From positions 175,646,001-175,710,000 of the forward strand of contig OZ024740.1 of assembly GCA_964016885.1 (NCBI GenBank): a DNA stretch of 64,000 nucleotides, given 5' to 3'. The number at the start of each line of letters is the position of its first letter. The first letter of the stretch is position 1. This document shows, piece by piece, positions 40,310-54,254 of the stretch. This DNA is from Eledone cirrhosa (lineage: Eukaryota). The notes below the pieces were generated by a model, which worked only from the letters and a program-made list of their open reading frames with translations, searched no databases and was not told the DNA's origin. Made by a program: the position numbers and the translations under genes.

Positions 40310-42700
40310 GGCGACCAGCTGAGAACAGCGACGACATCACTACTCTCACCACCACCACTACAGACTTCACCACTGACTCTACCAACAACAACAATAACAA
40401 CAACGACAACACAACAGTAGCAGCACCACCACCACCACAATCAACGACAACAACATTAACAGCAGGAGTTACAACAGTAGTGCTACCAACAACCAAAACC
40501 AAAGGTGTTGTGAGACAGGTGATGATCTAAATTTTTCTCCACTGCCAAAGTCTTCCATCATGAACGCCGCCGCCTCCACCGTCACAACAGTGAACACTAG
40601 TACCACCATTACTAACAATACAATCACGATAACAACAAAAAATGCAACACAAACAAACAACAAAAACAATGGCGATAACAACAACAGAAACAATTATAAC
40701 AAAAGCAATGAAAAATTAATAGCACCAACAACAACTCAACAACAAAAAACCTTTTTCAGACATTGTCGCTAAAAAGAAATGCATCAATTAACATTAAATA
40801 ACAAAGGACTGTAATTGGCTCAAGCCAAGAAATTAATAAAATTTTACGGTGGGAAAGCGGTGGTGATGGTGCCGCCAGAAATAGTAGAAGAAAGGGTAAA
40901 CATAAAACAAAGCCCTCCTCTACAGAACTGAGTTGCTGCGAGGCCGGCAAACCTCTTCAAAAGTGAGGACTTCATGCGAAAATCTTCGGTGGTTCCCTGT
41001 TGGAGTCAGAGGTTCGTCCTCTATTCCACGTATTTTTCAAGGAGAACTGTCAGGCGGAGATTATCGGCCGTTCCGCCGGGCGTCGTTGGAGACCCGGTCA
41101 TACTCACAAGTTAAAAGGAGTGAAAACCATCACCATCACCACCACCAAGAACACAACCAACGCCCATGTTAGGCATGTCCCTCCTCAACGGCACACATTT
41201 GACATGCACTATAACGAGGGTAAAGATTGACAAGCCGTCAGCCACAAGAAAAAAGAAAAAAAAACAACAACGAAAAACTCCTTGTCTTTCGTTCAAAAAA
41301 AAAAGACGAAATAGAAATAAATAAAAAGTTAAAACAATGAGACAAATAATGTCAACAGACACACTACATCCCCACGTTGTGAGGGATGCGCTCCCTTATA
41401 TCTTTCTAGGTTTGAAGGGACATTCGCATTATCATAACATTTTGTGGGATTTTACATATTGGAATTTACTTGGTGCTATGAGTGCCCTAATTTCTTCGTT
41501 AATCCTCCCCACTAACACGAAATTTGGTGTCTGTCTAGCTGGTTATTATTGTTGCGTGTGATTTCCTTTCGTGGGTCGTTGTGGTTGTTGTTGGTGTTGT
41601 GGGTGTTGTAGATGTTGTTACTGCTGCTGCGGTTGTTGGTTTTGCAGTTGATGTTGCTGCTAATACCGAGTTTTGTGTTGCTGTTGTTGCTGTGGCTGTT
41701 GGAGTCCTGTTGTTTGCAACAAAGGAGCCTTATGATTCCCCGTCTTCTGTTGAGGGCAAAATGTGTTGTCTCTCTGTAAAATGCCAACGTGGTTTTTTTG
41801 CCCTCGATGACCACGTCTAGAGCCTGGCCACCTGGTAGGTGTATGAGGTCAGGTATGTTTTCTAATGTTTCAGAATTAATATGTAAGAGGATCTCTAAAC
41901 ACGATTAGTGTTCCTATTCCTACCATTTGCACCTGATTTCCAAGAGTGTGTCACTACCTTCTCATACCATACAGGCTAGAATCCTCCGTAAGTCCAATCG
42001 TGGCAATATACCGGTGACCATGATATTTACAGTTGGTTGAGGGCCAGATCTTCGCTTTTGAAAAGGCGTGAAATGTCTGCGTTTTACCTTGCTCTAGCTC
42101 TATGCTATACATGAGACATAACGTTTTTTAAGTGCTCTTTTGCACTCACTTCATGTTACCACATCTGATCGTCTCGATTTTAATGTAGTTGTTCTGCACA
42201 TTAGTCTTTTTTCCCTGCTGCCAATACATCGCGCGGGATGGCTATTTCGCTTTTTCTGTTTTGCCGCTTAATTAATCCAGCCGCTTGTGCCAAATGGTCA
42301 TTCTTTGTATGTCGATGCTGAAACGTTTAGCTTCTTTTGCAGCCTTGGTTGCGAATGTGTTGCTGCTGTTGTTTTGATTGTTGTTATTAACGTTGTTGTT
42401 GTTTGTGTGGTTTTTGTTGCTGTTGTCGTCATTGTTTTTGTTAATTTTATTTTTGGTGTTTGTTTATGTTGTAGTTTTTGTTGTCATGATGGTGGTGCTG
42501 CTGGTGATGGGGTGATGGTGGAGGTAGTACTGTTGGTTTGGGCTATGCTTACAGTTACGGGGGTGGAGCGGCGGCGGCGGCGTTCGCAATTGCAGAGATT
42601 CGCAGTGGCGGGAAATCAAGTTCAGGAATACCTGCATGTGATTTGGGGTTTATGTTTTGGTTGTTTTTTAAATTGTTGTCATCGTCGCTGGTGTTGTTGT
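40310..42700. repeat. Degenerate (ACA/ACC)n and (TGT/TGG)n trinucleotide tracts
   Basis: Low-complexity tracts at 40310-40745 (+), 41545-41700 and 42355-42700 (opposite polarity). Confidence 0.7.
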
Positions 42701-42711
42701 TGGTACGGAAG

Positions 42712-43290
42712 AATGGAACAATTAAAGCAAAGGATTTTGTCGAAAAGCCAGATGAGATGATATGTGAAGAGAAATAAGCATTTAGAGGAGAATAGATTGT
42801 TTAAAAATAATCCACAACAATTCCTCCACGCTTTGGAAGGAGACAATGGGAAGGGTTGCTGTTCTTAATGCTAACCAGAGCAAGCATTTGTAGAACGGGA
42901 TATGAGGAAGCACTCTGATGAATCGAATGAATGCTAATTTGATAGAAACTATCAAGACAGTATTGCGAGGAGAAAATTGACAACGAGATATTGCCATAAG
43001 CGCAGTGGACGTGAAGGATCAAGTGGTCAATATACCTAACTAGAAAGCTCCCGGTCCAGATGGGATCCATGGCTTTTAGTTGAAGAGATACAAACGGTTC
43101 GTAAAAGACTGGCAATTCCTCTTGGATGGTCTTGGGAAGGACAACACTTCTAATAAAAGATAGAAGCCAGGGGGATGCTGTAGAACATTCCCGTTCTAAA
43201 GCATGCCTGAACATATGGAAGGTACTTACTGGAATATTTATGGAGAAGGCATATACCTTTCTGGTAAATTTAACCCACTTGGTAAGTGGG
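42712..43290 (+). mobile_element. R4/Dong-like RT N-terminal fragment
   Basis: EQLKQRILSK...NRLFKNN, KAPGPDGIHGF and LGRTTLLIKDRSQGDAVEHSR..ACLNIWKVLTGI. Confidence 0.8.
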
Positions 43291-43435
43291 TGTGAAAGCC
43301 ATGTGCAAATAGAATGCGATATATTAAAGTCTGTCATTTTAAGGAAAGTGTTATCTGTTTCAGTTCCTTGTGACTTGATAGATGACTAAACTCCCCAGTA
43401 CAATTTCCATCTACATTATGTGACAAAGTTGTAAT

Positions 43436-43850
43436 TATAATAATAATGGTTTCTGAATTAGGCACAAGGCCAACAATTTTGGCTGAAAGGAAAGTCGATC
43501 AATTCAAACTTAGTGCGTTGCTGATACTTTATTTTATCAACCCAGTAAGGATGAAAGGTAACGCTAACCTAGGTGGGATTTGAACTCAGAACGTAAAGAG
43601 GTGTTACAAATGCCACAACGCATTTTACTCATCCCTAACGATTCTGCCAATCACCGGCCTAAACTTTTTCCTAACTTTAGCAAAAGGCCAGCAATATAAT
43701 GGAATGATTATATCGATCCTAGTACTTGATTGGTACTTTATATCATAGACCCCTATAAGTATGAGAGGGTAAGTTGGCCTCGGCGGAATTTGAACTCACA
43801 ATATAAAGGGCCACACCTAAACACCGCAATGCGTTTTGTCCGTTGGTGAG
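43436..43850 (-). mobile_element. Two tandem decayed SINE copies
   Basis: ggatttgaactcagaacgtaaag and ggcggaatttgaactc heads; same core as the 26.8-27.5 kb copies. Confidence 0.75.
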
Positions 43851-44269
43851 AATTAATAAGAAAATCAGGACCGTTTAATATAAAGAACAGTGGAGATCAT
43901 TTATCATAAGAAAAAGCTAATTGACTGTGTAATATATTAATATTTATTAATGAAAATATGTTTTATTACCTGCAAATTTTAGTACTAATTGACGATCAGC
44001 TTTTCAATTGTAAACACACGTGAAAAAAACACAAATCAAATCACTGGTATATTGATTCAGTTCTCTTGCACATAAAATGACAAACGATACAAATGATAAC
44101 CCTATCATTGAACCCAACGTTAAAGGAGCATACCTTGAATTTGTTAAGTAAAAAGTACGAAAAATTATGAGGCGTACAAGGCTTAGCGTTTGACAGAAAT
44201 AAATATACTTGTCGCTTCGGCTACAAACACTGGTACCACAGCTCGCAATGCAGAGGACAAGAAGATAAA

Positions 44270-44510
44270 CAAATACTAGGGCTTGTCCGGCCACGTCCTC
44301 TTTGTACAGGTCGCTGTGGAGACCTCAAGCGTCCTCGGACCTCGATCAGCTGACCTCCTCCGTAAAATCAGAATGACAGCAGCCCATCTGAGGAAGGAGC
44401 CCCGCGAGGTGGTGTGGCGGGGGCATTGGATGTCGCTGGCCATTGTCCGCGACATTGCCTTTGCCATTTTGTCCGCGGGGCACAGCCGAAACACCACTCT
44501 GAAACCATCT
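44270..44510 (+). mobile_element. 3' fragment of CRE-like non-LTR retrotransposon
   Basis: LFVQVAVETSSVLGPRS...EPRE...MSLAIVRDIAFAIL resembles the FxPxAxETxG..RLSxA..RGNA C-terminus. Confidence 0.65.
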
Positions 44511-47108
44511 CCCCTTCTCCCTTTCTTTCGCTGTTTAATAACCTTTGCCCTTTCCCTTCTTTTCCTTTCATTTATGATATTTTGCAATGTTCCTTTCTTT
44601 TCCTTTATGATTGACTTAATTCAATATAAAAGGTTGGACGTTACTTTTTCAAAGGTTGGACTTTATTCGGAATCGAAGCAGAAGGGCATACCTTGACAGA
44701 GGAAATACATTTCTGTGCCACATACACTTTTTCCCTTCATTCAATCCCATACACAAAACTATAAGAATATTTTCGTATAAAATTTAGAAAGAAAATAAAC
44801 ATGCTGTAAATATAAATTTGAATATCCAAACATTAGCTGATTTAAGAAGATATATTCTGGAAGATAAATAGAACATTTGGAAAGAATACAGTATGAAAAC
44901 TCAAATAATAAGCAAGACACATACAATGAAAATAAAACCATTTTTGTAATCATTTTAACCCTAACCTAAAGATGGAAATACTAAGTTATTCCTTTGTACC
45001 GATTAACACCGCAGGACATATATACACAGAATAGTACTAACAGTATCTGCATATATGTTACGTAGAGTTGTTTCAGTATAATAGGAAACACGAAAACAAA
45101 CCAAAACACTGCACCTACACAAGACGATCTCAGCTGTGCAGATAAAATAATAAAAATGTAAGTACTAAAAAAAAAAAAAAAAATTATGATGATGATGATG
45201 ATTTAGCGTTAGTTAGGGGTTTCGAATATTCAGCATCAGGCAGGAAAGAAAATATATATAATATCCAGAGGCCAAGACCTAAACATTTTCCTCGAGGCTC
45301 ACTTACCTGGCAAAAGAATATGTAATTGAAAAGAAAAGAGATAGGAAAGAAAGTGAGAAAATATGTGCACGAGAGAGAAGGTGTAAGGGAGAGAAAAAGA
45401 AGAGAGGATAAAAAGAAAGAATGGAAGCCTGATAGTGTAGTACAGAAGTGGAAATTGGCGCTTAGTTTGGAAGTTTTGTATGTTGCCGAGATTGTAAATT
45501 AGATTAAAATACCGCTCTATTTTTGTTGCACACGAATTCAGTGTATGTTTAGATAAATTTCTGATCAATTCTGAGTCATGCGCTTTTTGTTTCAGAGGTC
45601 GGTCTTCTGTACACTTCACATGTAATCTTTTGTTTCCCAAATAAGTTCAGTCCAAAGTAATCTGACCCTGAAATTCTCTTATTTGAACAATATGGCAACG
45701 AATCAGACATTAACAGTTAATTTTTATATGTTCATCAGTGTTGGCATTTGTACAAGTGTTACGGAAATATAGATAAAAATAGAAATTCATTTACACTATT
45801 GAAGTTATTAAATCGTAGCTGGAAACCGTTATGCAGGGGCGGGGAACCACTTTAGAACAAGAGGCGAATTGCAAATACATAAAACCTGAGGAGTACAATT
45901 GTACTGAAAACATGATCTTTAATTTTACAAATTTACAAGCGTGCAACTTAAATTAAGCTACTATTTTGCTCTTAACACATAAACCATGATTTTCATACAA
46001 GATTATTAATAGTTACAAAAGACCAATAGTGCTATATTTATTTCCATTAACCTAGAAGCTAAGCAGATAGATATCGAATTAGACGTTGTTCATAGAGTTG
46101 AGTGGTTACATCTACAAACACCCATACAGAATGTTATTACTAATGCAACTTGTAACTTCATAAATCCATTATCGATGTTTTAGACTTTCATGGTCTCATC
46201 TTTAGGATTTGAAGTGTTGTTGGTTTCTGTACTTCCTCTTTTGTAACAGGGAAATGTGACATATTTCACCAAACCACACCAACAATTTTGACTGTTAGAT
46301 TTATAAATTTTGACCCTCGTGTTTAGTTTAAGTATCACAGAAAACTGTAAACTAACAAGGAATTACTAACAAAAAAAACCTAACTTATCAACAATAAACC
46401 ACACGACCAATTTACAAACGACAATATGACTTATAAATTCGTTCTGAAAGTTAAATCTGTAAATTTCGTGATTCAAACTTCTACATTGGCCATATGATTA
46501 CCATAGCCTCGTGAGCTTACTATACAGTTACAAAAATGAGCGATCACGCCAGACTACACCACGCATCACAAAACAAAGATAAATTATAAAATATTAGTAG
46601 GCAATACATCCATATTATCTAGAATTCCATACAAACATAATAGACGATTAAATTGGGAAGCTTTATTCAATTTACAACATAATGCTAAAATAAACATACA
46701 AACATCATACACACCTGAAAAATAAAATAAACACGTGATTGATGACGTATAAATCTACCACTCAACATTTTTTCTGGTAAAATCTTCATATAAAAGCGCT
46801 ATTACAAAAGCAAAAAATATTTCAAAGCGAGAAGGAGAGCCTGTAAAAGTCTAGAATCATTGATAAGGGTTTAAGAATTTTATTTTTCCAAACGAACGTC
46901 AAGAGAGTCATAAAGAAATATATGTAAAGAATTTCATTAAAAATCTAAAACTGAAACATATTTGAGCTCTAATACATGACAAGATTGAAAGCTGTTCCCC
47001 ATACGTATAAACATCTCCCCACACATACAGATACATGCCCATCCATACACACAGATTCATATATATATATATATATATATATACAAATATATATACACAC
47101 ACATCATA

Positions 47109-47200
<92 letters not shown>

Positions 47201-47352
47201 AAATATAGTATAGAGGGTTCAGAGAATTATTGGTGGTGGTACCGTTATAAGCGCAATCAACGAACTTGCAGAGTGAATATAAGAAAAAACGATGAAGTTT
47301 CGTTTTTGAGTGTTTAACACAACCGAATTTCACTTGGAACGTTTTTATTTAT

Positions 47353-47442
47353 CATCGACCGTTACGTACATCTCACAGATTATTGGCTCAAGGTCCACAT
47401 GCGATGGACCTGACTCCAGTATCGATCTGTTCATCAGATGTG
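47353..47442 (-). ncRNA. Degenerate hammerhead with long stem II
   Basis: cat-CTGATGA-(~65 nt incl. hairpin aggtcca/tggacct)-GTAA-cg-GTC-gatgataaataaa. Confidence 0.5.
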
Positions 47443-48117
47443 GTTATTCGGCGAAAAACAATTCAAATCTGAGGGCGTCCAGTCTTTTATAAATATATGT
47501 ACACATAGAAGACGTTTCTGGTTACTATCTTTTCCAGTTATTTTGCGCGGTCTGTATGTGCGCGTGTCACGCCCGCGTCTGGGTGCCTTTGTACTTGTAT
47601 CTGAGTGTGGGTGCGCGTATGAGGGGGTGCTTTTGTGTGTTTGTGTGTAATGTCTGAGGTACGGTCAATTAGTGGTTCCTTCTTTGGGACTGGCACGAGT
47701 CGCCAAAAGAAGATATACCAACATAACATGATGGAATTGCGTGAGATTGACTCCTCTACCAAAAACATACCAACACCAACCAATACAAATTACACGAAAA
47801 TGCTCTAGAGAAAGTGGAATATCTTGTGTGCTACTTGAAATGGAAGTTATTGCTATTCGCCAGAGGGATACCCACCCCTGCCACAGAACGTTTTAACATA
47901 AAGTCATGCAAATATCCTCCAAGATCTAGCCTGCTTCGATTCGGATTTATTACAAATGATTAATAAGTTCCATAAGTACTATAACCATTTCCAAACTAAA
48001 CTTTCGCATGACATAAATAAAATTAGATCTAGTAATGTTTGGGGTTTTTTTTCATGATAAAATATAAAACCTCTATGAAATTGACAAGGATAAATATGAT
48101 AACCCCTTATTAGATAG

Positions 48118-48305
48118 TGCGGTGAATTGGCAGTATCGGTAGAAGGTCGGACATGCTTTCCCGCATGGTTACGTCCCTTTACGATCTGAGTTCAAATCTC
48201 GCCGAGGTTAACCTTGCCTTTCATCCTTACGAGGTCGATAACATAAAGTACCAGTAATGTACTGTGTAATTGCTGGCTTTGTACCAAAGGTAGAAACAAT
48301 TATTA
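48118..48305 (+). mobile_element. tRNA-derived SINE (Meta-domain-like)
   Basis: tggcagtatcggtag A-box-like, gagttcaaat B-box and ttgcctttcatcc core. Confidence 0.8.
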
Positions 48306-48702
48306 ACAAATACGAGAAAGCAAATTCTAGTACTTATAATGTAATTAATGACGAAGCTAAATACATATCTAGGTATCTAAAGAGAGATAAAAGAACTGAA
48401 AGCCTTGTAAATATAATGCTGATATCATTCTGAAAGATAACAAACAGGACTTCAATAAAAGACATAGTTGTAGATTAATTAACTAGAACCGAAATAGAAT
48501 TAGCCAGTAAGAAGATATTAAGAGAGTTACATACACTAATTAAGAATAATACTTCTCTAATGATAGGTTAGTTTAATAATTGTTTCTACGTTTGGCACAA
48601 GGCCAGCAATTACCCAGTGCATTACATTAGTTTAATAATATTCCAGAGAAACATAAGGTCAAGTCTACACAATTCGAGATAACAGACTTTTACCCCTGCA
48701 TC
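48305..48702 (+). pseudogene. Old Naiad-type PLE RT fragment
   Basis: INDEAKYI, LKDNKQDF..CRLIN, ASKKIL and [11 protein letters not shown]; a SINE tail is inserted at ~48575-48625. Confidence 0.7.
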
Positions 48703-48776
48703 ATTATATACACCCATATATATATATTCATACATACACCCATATATGTATATATATATATACACACACACACCCA

Positions 48777-48809
<33 letters not shown>

Positions 48810-49789
48810 TTATTAAAATATATATATATATATATATATTTATTAAAATAACAGATTACAGTTTAAGCAAAGAATCGCTGCTTTTACCCTTAACGGGATC
48901 TTCTGAAACTAAAAAAAAAAGAAAATCAATCTGTGAATGCAGAAGTAAATATTTCGAAAAACGTTGCAGCCGAAGGAAAATAGGAAGACGATACTTTGGT
49001 TCATGAAGACGTTCCCTGATAATGAACGGAAAAAAGCGAAGATAATACGTCGTTATGTGGATCGCTGAGAACAATTACACGCAAAGTCAAAACCACGTTT
49101 ATGGTATAAATGGAGTCATTAAACTAATATTCTATTTAGGTAACCGAATGATTTTCGGCTTCGGAGTTCAGAATAATGTAAATAAAGTAGTTGAACCAGA
49201 ATGACAGAGGTTATTAAAATCATAAAAGTAAAAATAATTAAATATATACACACATCTATATACACATATCTATATACGTACATACACATGCATACGCGAA
49301 AACACACGCCATGCATGCATATACGTGCACGTACACATAAACACGCGCACACGTACGTAAACCGGTGCTACACATACGAACGTATACACCAAATACACAT
49401 ATAAATATGTGTGTGTGTGTGTGCGTGTATACATATAATTACATATACATCTATAAATATATACACGCATATATGCGTATATAACGCCCATACACATATA
49501 CTTACAGGTAAATACACATATGATCACCGAACCTACATATACCAAAACCCTTTATACACATATACACGACATATATACGTACACACTCATACATACCCAT
49601 ATATACACACTCACACATACACACTCATACATACCCATATATACACATATACAAAACATACAACAACTCATGCACATACCCAACGATAATCCATATATAT
49701 ATACACATACATATACTACACATATACACACATATACACATATACATATATACATATACATATATAAATAAGTCTATGAAAAACATATG

Positions 49790-51065
49790 CCCAAGAGGTG
49801 GGAGCAACCATTGGTGTTAGCATTGCAGGCGACATAGCTAACTTATTCATGGTATGGTGGGACAGTAGACTTAAACTTAAACTTAAACTTAAAGAACAAT
49901 TAGAAGACCCCTTAACCCTGATAATGTACTCCCTCTACGTTGATGATATAAACATCGTAGTTAAAACACGCCCACTAGAGAACAGTCAGGAATTAGAGAA
50001 AAACACAATGGAAAGCATCCAGCAAATAGCTAACTCCATCCACCAGAGTATTAGAGTTACTATAGACTACCCAAGCAAACACCCCAACCATCGATTACCT
50101 GTACTAGACACAGAGCTCTGGTTAGATACCATTAATAACAAAAAACAAATCCTCCATTCCCATTATGCCAAACCGATGACTTCCAAATATCTGATCCACC
50201 GAAACTCAGCTGTTTCGGACCATACCAAAATCAACATACTGATTGCGGATTTGGTACGGCTGATGAGAAACGTGTCTCGCATGTGCAACCCCGAAGAACT
50301 AGAGAGACATATACAACACTTCATCCACCGTATGCAGTTCTCTGGTTACAATCAGAGAGATAGAATCAGAGTGTATAGAGGAGCCAGAACCAAATGGGAA
50401 AAAATGGTAAATAATGACACAAATGGGACCTGCCCCTTGTATAGGAGCAAATTTTGGAATAGAATAGAAAGAACTAGGAATAAGGCTAATAGAATAAACT
50501 CATGGCATGATAGCAATAAATACCAGAGTGTAATGTTCATCGATACAACTCCTAGAGGTGAATTAGGTTACAAATTTAGAAGGACCCTAGATAAACATAA
50601 ACTCAATATTAAGATAGTAGAAAGACCAGGTACCTCCATAAAATCACTTATTAGCAAGACATACCCTTTTCAAAGACCCCCTGTATAGATAAGAAATGTA
50701 TAACCTGTAAATTAAGCCGCCATATTAACTGTAAAACTAGAAATGTAGTATATAGCATAAGATGTACTGAAGGACAATGTAGAGATAAAAATACAGTGTA
50801 CATAGGTGAGACAGCTCGTAGTGTATGGTAACGGATAAATGAACACTGGCGAGACCTTCAACATAGTAAAGAATCATCTGTACTCTACCAACATGCTAAA
50901 ATAGAACATAAGGGTAAATTAGAGAACATAGAAATAAAAATAGAATCTACACACAGAAAAGACGCAATGTTTAGACAAATCACAGAGGCAATAAACATAA
51001 AAGAATTACAACCAAAATTAAATAGAAAACATGAGTGGAACAGCAACATCACAACTTACAATTAA
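49790..51065 (+). pseudogene. PLE of a second clade (Nematis/Neptune-like): RT C-half + GIY-YIG, 5'-truncated
   Basis: GATIGVSIAGDIANLFMVWWD, YVDD and LPVLDTELW. After a frameshift at ~50680: CITC..CKTRNVVY..C..C..YIGETARS..EH..H..H..LNRKHEW, with one internal stop. Confidence 0.9.
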
Positions 51066-51457
51066 GGACAAAATGAAAACACACACGCACATAGAACAAA
51101 CAACCAACCAGTAACATGTAAATAAACAAATAAATAAACGAATATAAACACACACAGACACCCGGATTCGGCGCATGCGCAGACTGAGCACACAACACAC
51201 ACACACAGAAACAAGATGGCGTAGGACAGAACAAAGGAGAGGCACAAAAACAAAGAAAAGAATCCCCAGTCACTGAAGAGGTCACAGAATGTGTGACGAA
51301 AGAACTTTGACAATATATAAACAACCATCTGGTTGTGGAACCAACCAACCAACCGGAAATTTATAAATTCCTAAATTTATAAATTTATTATAATAAATTG
51401 AAGTGAAAGCATCTGGTGCGTGTGTTTCTTATTGGCAACATGACCCTCCCAAAGTAT

Positions 51458-51463
<6 letters not shown>
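51066..51463 (+). mobile_element. pLTR of the 49.8-kb PLE
   Basis: Contains GCGCATGCGC, AAGATGGCG and an HHR, and ends atgaccctcccaaagtataacaa|(TA)n. The last ~135 bp are copied inverted at 62400-62533. Confidence 0.8.
51269..51311 (+). ncRNA. Type I hammerhead ribozyme
   Basis: gtca-CTGAAGA-ggtcacagaatgtgtgac-GAAA-gaac-TT-tgac. Confidence 0.85.
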
Positions 51464-51495
<32 letters not shown>

Positions 51496-51945
51496 GCAAA
51501 GTAGACATGCCTACGCACTAAAGAATTTACATCTGCACATACTTATGCAAAACAAGGGGAGCCGATGTTTATATATGCCTAATATTTCATCGATCACTAC
51601 GAACACTTTAGTTTTTGTTGAATCAGCAGTCTGATGAGCAGATCGATGCTTGAATCGGGTACATAATATCCACTGGTGGCAACAGGTAAATACACAATAA
51701 AAGCATAAATACATGTAAACGAATCTTCATCGTTTTCTAATTATATACACTGTGATTCGAGTACTCATATGAGTACCACAATCAGTAATTCACATACATT
51801 ATATAGGCGAGACACCCGAAACACAAACCTTCCATCTCAATTTTACTATTCAAAAAGCATAAAAACTGTAAAACCGGCAAAGTAAATAAATTAATATTCT
51901 TAAAAGACTCCAGTTGCATTTTCAATTTCTTTTCCTTATATATAT

Positions 51946-52052
<107 letters not shown>

Positions 52053-52178
52053 ATCTACCAAAAGTTTACGGTAGTGTCCAATCCGTATGAAGAACTCAAT
52101 GTAATCTGGATATCATGAAAAGAAGAGATGCATTCAAAAATCACTTTCGGTGAAAGATAAACGGAATACAGAGTCAAG

Positions 52179-52585
52179 ATAAATTATTAAAAAAATAATG
52201 AATAAACAAAGAAACAGTTCTTTATATTAAACAAAAAAAGTTCATTATTTTACGATCGTTTCTAGGACATATATGTGTTAGAATTGGTATGCATATTCAA
52301 AAGATCTATGTACAAAATTATACAAACTATCAGAGAGAATATACATACCTTCACATAGATATGCTGTCTTCAGAAATAATCTGATTATTTCTGAAGACAG
52401 CATATATATGTGAAGGTATGTATATTCTCTCTGATAGTTTGTATAATTTTGTACATAGATCTTTTGAATATGCATACCAATTCTAACACATATATGTCCT
52501 AGAAACGATCGTAAAATAATGAACTTTTTTTGTTTAATATAAGGAACTGTTTCTTTGTTTATTCATTATTTTTTTAATAATTTAT
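52179..52585. repeat. Fold-back palindrome (~203 bp arms, 1-nt loop at 52382)
   Basis: Near-perfect reverse-complement arms (~2 mismatches) abutting (TA)n. A CTGAAGA...GAAG degenerate core lies near the centre. Confidence 0.92.
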
Positions 52586-52692
52586 ATATATATATATATA
52601 TATATATATCATAACTCATGTCTATAGAATTAATCAGATATTAAAATATATACTATTTCTTCTTCTAATCAGCATAATTATATATATATATA

Positions 52693-53360
52693 CTAGCTGA
52701 GGTACCCGGCTTCGTCCGGGAGAACAGAGATAACGACTGTATTGGATGCTGGTATGAGGTATAACTGAAATGTATATGTGTGAGAGAGACAAAAAAAAAA
52801 TCATAAAACCTCCTTATTAGGCTGGGGGAGTAAACTGCCAATTAAATAGTAGCTTTGGCCTTGGATTTTAAATGTGAAATAACCATAGTCAGTATGATCT
52901 TTTTCAGCTCCAAAGCACGTCATCTGAAACACAGCAATATACCGCATAACATTGCTTCTGAAGTATTGTTTCGTTAGTACGGTCTGTAAGTATTATATGG
53001 ATAAAAGCTGGAGGGTAGATTAATTTCAAATAGTATCAATTTGTTCTGTAAAATCAAAGACTGTAAAACCACTTTATAAAGGCGAACGCAATATTGTTAA
53101 ACCTTCAACTGATACTTTTGTGGGACGTCACTCTCTCTCTCTCTCTCTGAATATCTAACACATTACCAACATATTTAATTGTATCTCTGTCTGTATAACG
53201 GTCCATATCTCTCGTTTTGCCTCTCCCTCTCTGTGTGTCTCTCACTCTCTTTATATGTGTATGTATTTGTATGCGTGTGTGTGTGTGTAGTTTTCGTGTG
53301 ATTCAGGCAGCCAGCCAGCCAACCGGCCAACAAACATATTTCTTTTATATTATATACAGA
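52693..53360 (-). mobile_element. Deleted Helitron retaining a Rep-region remnant
   Basis: A|TC start, hairpin cccggacgaagccggg and CTAG|T end. The minus strand encodes FQMTCFGA and TFKIQGQSYYLIGSLLP at ~52810-52960. Confidence 0.85.
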
Positions 53361-53397
53361 TATACATATATATAAATATAAATAAATATATATACAT

Positions 53398-53466
<69 letters not shown>

Positions 53467-54254
53467 CACATACTTGTTCACCTTTTGCAATTACGTATAT
53501 AATTATCTAAGCATGACTAAAATCACAGAAGGTGATTTACAAAGAGGTTATCTAAATACGCTAATAAAGTCATCATAAACACCAACGTACTCACAAATAC
53601 ACATTCTAGCTCGCGCACACACGCGTACACACATATACACGCACAGACCATATGACCGTGTCAAATGAGTTCTACCGGTTAACGTGGGAGCGCAGTATCC
53701 AACGTTAACAATGTTTAACTAAATTGCCGATCAAACTCGTTATGTTTGCTTTACTTATCGTATGTTTGTAGTGCGGACATAGAGCCTTGGTTATATGTAA
53801 TATTACACACGTATACACTATCACACACATAGACACAGATACATACAGCCCCCCACACACACACACCTCACACACAACAGGCATGTACACATACATACAC
53901 AAACAGAACCACATGCTCAAACATACATTTCTACGTATACATAAGCATATATATAGAGACACACATGCATAACCATACACATATATCCACGGGATCAACA
54001 GGTTATTTCGTAATTAATGTATCATTTTTCAACTGACATATATATATGATAGGTGATAATTTATTACTTCAAGTTTCTCACCGGTAATGAGTTTGTCAGG
54101 TAGCATATTAGTATGTTTTTAACATGTACTAGTGCTGTTTGAGGTTAAGAGACTTAAACACTTAATCAATCCCACCTGGATACAGTGATGTATGCCCAGC
54201 TCTTATATATATATATATATATATATAAAAGGACAACCGTATATATATATATAT

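Noticed and set aside
40279-40772. Thr/Asn-rich mucin-like ORFs
   Set aside because: Degenerate trinucleotide repeats with stops and mirror tracts on the other strand; no splice or domain support.
45180-45780. Possible additional PLE 3' end on the minus strand with CTGATGC...GAAA
   Set aside because: The coding remnant is too decayed and the HHR core and stems too imperfect to support a call.
51626-51665. CTGATGA-gcagatcgatgctt-GAAT hammerhead-like motif
   Set aside because: GAAA is mutated and there is no stem I pairing; left uncalled.
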